Shown: in pieces, positions 33,952-36,702 of the stretch
How positions within the stretch are numbered: the stretch's first letter is position 1
How the letters are laid out: each line of letters opens with the position of its first letter
Source: a virus
Taxonomy: Duplodnaviria; Caudoviricetes
Virus record (IMG/VR): IMGVR_UViG_3300037787_000010
Span: 1-36,702 of that record
Length of the DNA: 36,702 nucleotides
Direction: 5' to 3' (one strand)
Made by a program: the position numbers and the translations under genes
The notes under the pieces: model-generated
What the model was told of the DNA's origin: nothing
What the model saw: the letters and a program-made list of their open reading frames with translations, nothing else
The model's database searches: none

Positions 33952-34481
33952 TCCCACCGACTCACCCGATAAATAACCGACTTATGCCTGTACTTCCTGA
34001 GAACACAGTCGCCCTCTCTACTTCCTTCCTCATTAGTATTCCCCTCGATAGTAGTGGCGTATTTCTTACCCCATTTCTCTATGAAGCCTACGTGTCCAAT
34101 ACGACCCTTTGAACGGTAGTAAATACCGAACACATCACCTTCTTTCGGGGCTTCTCCCTTACCTTTCTCCCATACGATATTCTGAGCAACAGCAGTAGGA
34201 CTCCAAGCGTTGATGTTATGATCTACTCCGCAGATGTCTAACGTCCACGCAACGAAAGCAGAACACCACGCATACCCACCGCCTAAGTTAACGGCTCTCA
34301 GATACTTCTCAACGTGGTAGCCTCTATTGTTACCACCTTCCTCACAGTTGCCTATTTGCGATTCTGCAACTGCAATTATACAACTGCTATCAGGGCAAGT
34401 GCGAACATTAGATGTAGTAAGAAGTAAAGCGCATAGAACTGCCAGAACTTTTCCGAAGTAGGGAATCCTTCTTTGTAACAT
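33948..34481 (-). CDS. CHAP-domain endolysin with N-terminal signal/anchor (177 aa)
   Basis: WCSAFV, GD, GHVG, IEGNT. Confidence 0.88.
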   Translation of the reverse strand: MLQRRIPYFGKVLAVLCALLLTTSNVRTCPDSSCIIAVAESQIGNCEEGGNNRGYHVEKYLRAVNLGGGYAWCSAFVAWTLDICGVDHNINAWSPTAVAQNIVWEKGKGEAPKEGDVFGIYYRSKGRIGHVGFIEKWGKKYATTIEGNTNEEGSREGDCVLRKYRHKSVIYRVSRWD

Positions 34482-34708
34482 TGATAGAGTGGTTTGAAGT
34501 TAAACTTAATACCCAGGAACACAAGTGGGTTCGCAATAAGCACGTAACAAATGGCAAGTACAAAGAATTGCAGAACGTCTGAACTTATCTCCCCTGCTGT
34601 CGGGTCAAAGAATCTAAGCACCATAGGGGCGAACCAAAAGACAAGTACAGCCGTAGGCAGTGCGACTATTTCCGGGAATTCTCTAAGTATTTGTATTACT
34701 CTTTTCAT
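34376..34708 (-). CDS. Holin-like three-TM protein (110 aa)
   Basis: Three hydrophobic helices; adjacent to the endolysin. Confidence 0.6.
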   Translation of the reverse strand: MKRVIQILREFPEIVALPTAVLVFWFAPMVLRFFDPTAGEISSDVLQFFVLAICYVLIANPLVFLGIKFNFKPLYQCYKEGFPTSEKFWQFYALYFLLHLMFALALIAVV

Positions 34709-34883
34709 TCTGCTTTTTTAGGTATCTCGTCTTCTGACGAATGTGGATGAATGACACTACCCCGACAGCAATACCGACAAGCAGGGAAACTACCCTCAGC
34801 CAATCGGATACGTCTGTAAGGCTTATTGTGAAGCCCAGTAAAGGGCTTGCCATTCCAATAACTTTTTCAATCTCTATGCTCAT
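34683..34883 (-). CDS. Small holin-like membrane protein (66 aa)
   Basis: TM helix with basic C-tail; lysis cluster. Confidence 0.6.
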   Translation of the reverse strand: MSIEIEKVIGMASPLLGFTISLTDVSDWLRVVSLLVGIAVGVVSFIHIRQKTRYLKKQNEKSNTNT

Positions 34884-34955
34884 CTTTCTCTGCTATCTTG
34901 TAAAGCACCCCCGCCACAACGCTAACAATGACAGGGGTTAACTTTACAAGGAGTA

Positions 34956-35306
34956 TTACCCATTCCGACCAATCTTGATATATTGAAAGCGATACAAAAG
35001 CCAAAAGACTGCCCCTATAAATAGTATAACCTCATTAACCTGTATCACATTCGGAGTGAAAAATAATTCATCAAGCACCTGCGAAAAGGCTAGTATAAGC
35101 CCGAACTCCGCAATGTACTGAGTAGGTTTATCTCGTGATGCAAATCGAAGGGCAGCGATAATAAAGAGCCATGAGAACGCTGACAAAGCCATGTAGACGT
35201 TAGTGTATTTTATCATACCTCCCTCCGTTGAAACGTCCATGAAGTAAATGAGCGCACCTGCCACAATAGACAGAAGAAAGCTAATCACTACCGCTGCCCG
35301 TTCCAT
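34956..35306 (-). CDS. Four-TM membrane protein (116 aa)
   Basis: Hydrophobic helices; TAATG coupling. Confidence 0.7.
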   Translation of the reverse strand: MERAAVVISFLLSIVAGALIYFMDVSTEGGMIKYTNVYMALSAFSWLFIIAALRFASRDKPTQYIAEFGLILAFSQVLDELFFTPNVIQVNEVILFIGAVFWLLYRFQYIKIGRNG

Positions 35307-35557
35307 TATCGCTTGACTATATTTGAAGGTCTTGCCCCGACGATAGAATTGAACACAGTGCCCGCACCGTCCTCGATAGTATCTGAAGTGTCAATAGGCA
35401 CTACGGTAGCGTCATCAGCCTTGCATAGTATTACCACAGGGTCAGGTGAGATAGTCTTTCCATTCTGCGAATAACGAGGCACACCGTCTTTAAGTGCGAT
35501 GTAGTCTTTACCTAGAAATTCCAAAATACAGCAGTTAGTTCCTTTTTTTAGTGTCAT
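35306..35557 (-). CDS. Hypothetical protein (83 aa)
   Basis: ORF in the late operon. Confidence 0.6.
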   Translation of the reverse strand: MTLKKGTNCCILEFLGKDYIALKDGVPRYSQNGKTISPDPVVILCKADDATVVPIDTSDTIEDGAGTVFNSIVGARPSNIVKR

Positions 35558-35639
35558 CTTTCTTTTGTTTTTGCTCTTTTAGTTTAATCCTTATTTGCTT
35601 TTCAAGGCGTTCCCTTGTCCAGTTCTTATCTCTACCCAT
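35535..35639 (-). CDS. Basic micro-ORF, 34 aa (MGRDKNWTRERLEKQIRIKLKEQKQKKDDTKKRN)
   Basis: TAATG coupling to the upstream gene; fills the gap. Confidence 0.45.
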   Translation of the reverse strand: MGRDKNWTRERLEKQIRIKLKEQKQKKDDTKKRN

Positions 35640-36202
35640 TACTTTACTATTCTAATTCCTAACGTGTCCTCTTTAGAATAGTTGCGCCTACCTGAAGAGA
35701 ACGTAAGCCCCGACTGATTGTAAATGTTGCCGTGTCGTGGGTTTCTCTCAGGTGGTGTATTGTCTAAGTATTCAGGCATTGAACTACCGTTATAACATAG
35801 CCATTCTTCCATGCGCTTCAGGTAGTGCTGCATATTCTCACGGTACGAGGCTAGATCCCGGTTAAGGTCAGTCTGTTCGATTTGGTTCGTTTCGTCCGAT
35901 ATACGTATCTGTGGCGCACCGTTGTCTTTCCTTACGTACAATTCAGGGAGCAGCTCTACCATTGTAGCCCATACCAAAGCCTTTCTAAGGTAGGTATTGA
36001 CTAGGGTAGCGTAAAGCCCCGATAACGTTCCGGCAGCGGCATCCGTTTTCAGCTTTTCCATAAGCGAATCGCCTGTTAACGGAGTGATGTACTTATCCTG
36101 AGCGAGTAACGCCATAGGCTGAATTAGGTCAGCATCCACAGTCGAAGTTAGCGTGGTGTAAACCTTTAAGTATTGCTCGTCTATAAATACGTAATCTGCC
36201 AT
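35639..36202 (-). CDS. Putative head-tail adaptor (187 aa)
   Basis: Directly after the portal; FI....LK..T.....VD.....P....AQD..I....G..L motif. Confidence 0.65.
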   Translation of the reverse strand: MADYVFIDEQYLKVYTTLTSTVDADLIQPMALLAQDKYITPLTGDSLMEKLKTDAAAGTLSGLYATLVNTYLRKALVWATMVELLPELYVRKDNGAPQIRISDETNQIEQTDLNRDLASYRENMQHYLKRMEEWLCYNGSSMPEYLDNTPPERNPRHGNIYNQSGLTFSSGRRNYSKEDTLGIRIVK

Positions 36203-36203
36203 G

Positions 36204-36702
36204 TTATCCTCGTTTTTTGCGTGTTACGAAACCTCCGTTTCTCATGTCGTTTGTCGGAATAGCCTCTTTCCCTTTCCTCGGTACAACAGGTGTATTCCCT
36301 ACCCTTTTATCATTCACCATGTCTTGCGCTGTCTTTGCGTCTTCAGGCGACTTAGGTAAGAACTCCCCTTTGTTGTTTCTCTTCCTAAAGAAGATAAGCC
36401 TTTCCCAATGGTGGTGACATAATGCACCCCCTTTATAGGTGAATATATCGTAGGTAGATTGCCCTTTCATTGCGAACTTACCATTGATAGCGGAGTTGTC
36501 GCTCATTTCGTCAATATCCTCTTTTCGGAAGATAAAACCGTTCCTTGCAAGTCCTACCATTTCACGACAGAAACCCCTTGAGTTCTCAGATATATTCCCT
36601 GAGTATCTGTATCTTAACTTGTAAAGCCCTTTATCACCCCACTTCGAGCGTTCACCTGGATTTGCATAATCTGCGATAGATAGGTTAACTCTACCTATCA
36701 AG
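36204..36702 (-). CDS. Portal protein, 3' part: MuF-like Cys/His domain
   Basis: In frame with 1690..1; RYRY, SR.FC..M, YKGG..CHH.W motifs. Confidence 0.85.
   Translation of the reverse strand, partial: LIGRVNLSIADYANPGERSKWGDKGLYKLRYRYSGNISENSRGFCREMVGLARNGFIFRKEDIDEMSDNSAINGKFAMKGQSTYDIFTYKGGALCHHHWERLIFFRKRNNKGEFLPKSPEDAKTAQDMVNDKRVGNTPVVPRKGKEAIPTNDMRNGGFVTRKKRG
36446..36702. repeat. Terminal overlap, copy 2
   Basis: 254/257 identical to 1-257. Confidence 0.97.

Noticed and set aside
2898-34941. Many 60-105 aa antisense or alternate-frame ORFs (for example 2898, 3943, 10751, 12442-13671, 16660-16977, 29639-31525)
   Set aside because: They overlap well-supported genes and have no recognisable motifs.
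36446-36702. Physical direct terminal repeat of the virion DNA
   Set aside because: It falls mid-portal and has mismatches; an assembly overlap of a circularly permuted genome is simpler.
1-36702. Lysogeny module, tRNAs or stop-codon reassignment
   Set aside because: No integrase or repressor motifs and no cloverleaf recognised by eye; genes are full length in the standard code with all three stops in use. A tRNAscan/HMM pass would confirm.

Overview
The window is an apparently complete, circularly permuted genome of about 36,445 bp from a siphovirus-like tailed phage; bases 1-257 repeat at 36446-36702 with 3 synonymous differences. The host is most likely Bacteroidota (Flavobacteriia-like), inferred from TTG-N18-20-TAnnTTTG promoters, A-rich leaders without Shine-Dalgarno sites, DUF3127 and lipoprotein signals. 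The minus strand carries morphogenesis and lysis genes: portal (crossing the origin), capsid, scaffold, XkdF-like protease, tail tube, tape measure, a tail chaperone with a -1 frameshift, holins and a CHAP endolysin. The plus strand carries replication, recombination and modification genes (DnaA domain IV protein, initiator, YqaJ exonuclease, ERF, three glycosyltransferases, two methyltransferases), TerL and many morons. I recognised no integrase, repressor, polymerase, reverse transcriptase or tRNA. The main discovery is three dispersed, integrase-less, integron-like platforms (about 5314-5819, 25950-26459 and 31376-31761). Each begins at the TAA of a phage gene (TAAC), continues with an attC-like hairpin and one cargo gene bracketed by a cassette-specific inverted repeat (GTT...AAC), and ends with a shared 80-bp attI-like element that terminates in the ATG of the next gene. 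All protein calls come from motif recognition by eye, not database searches.
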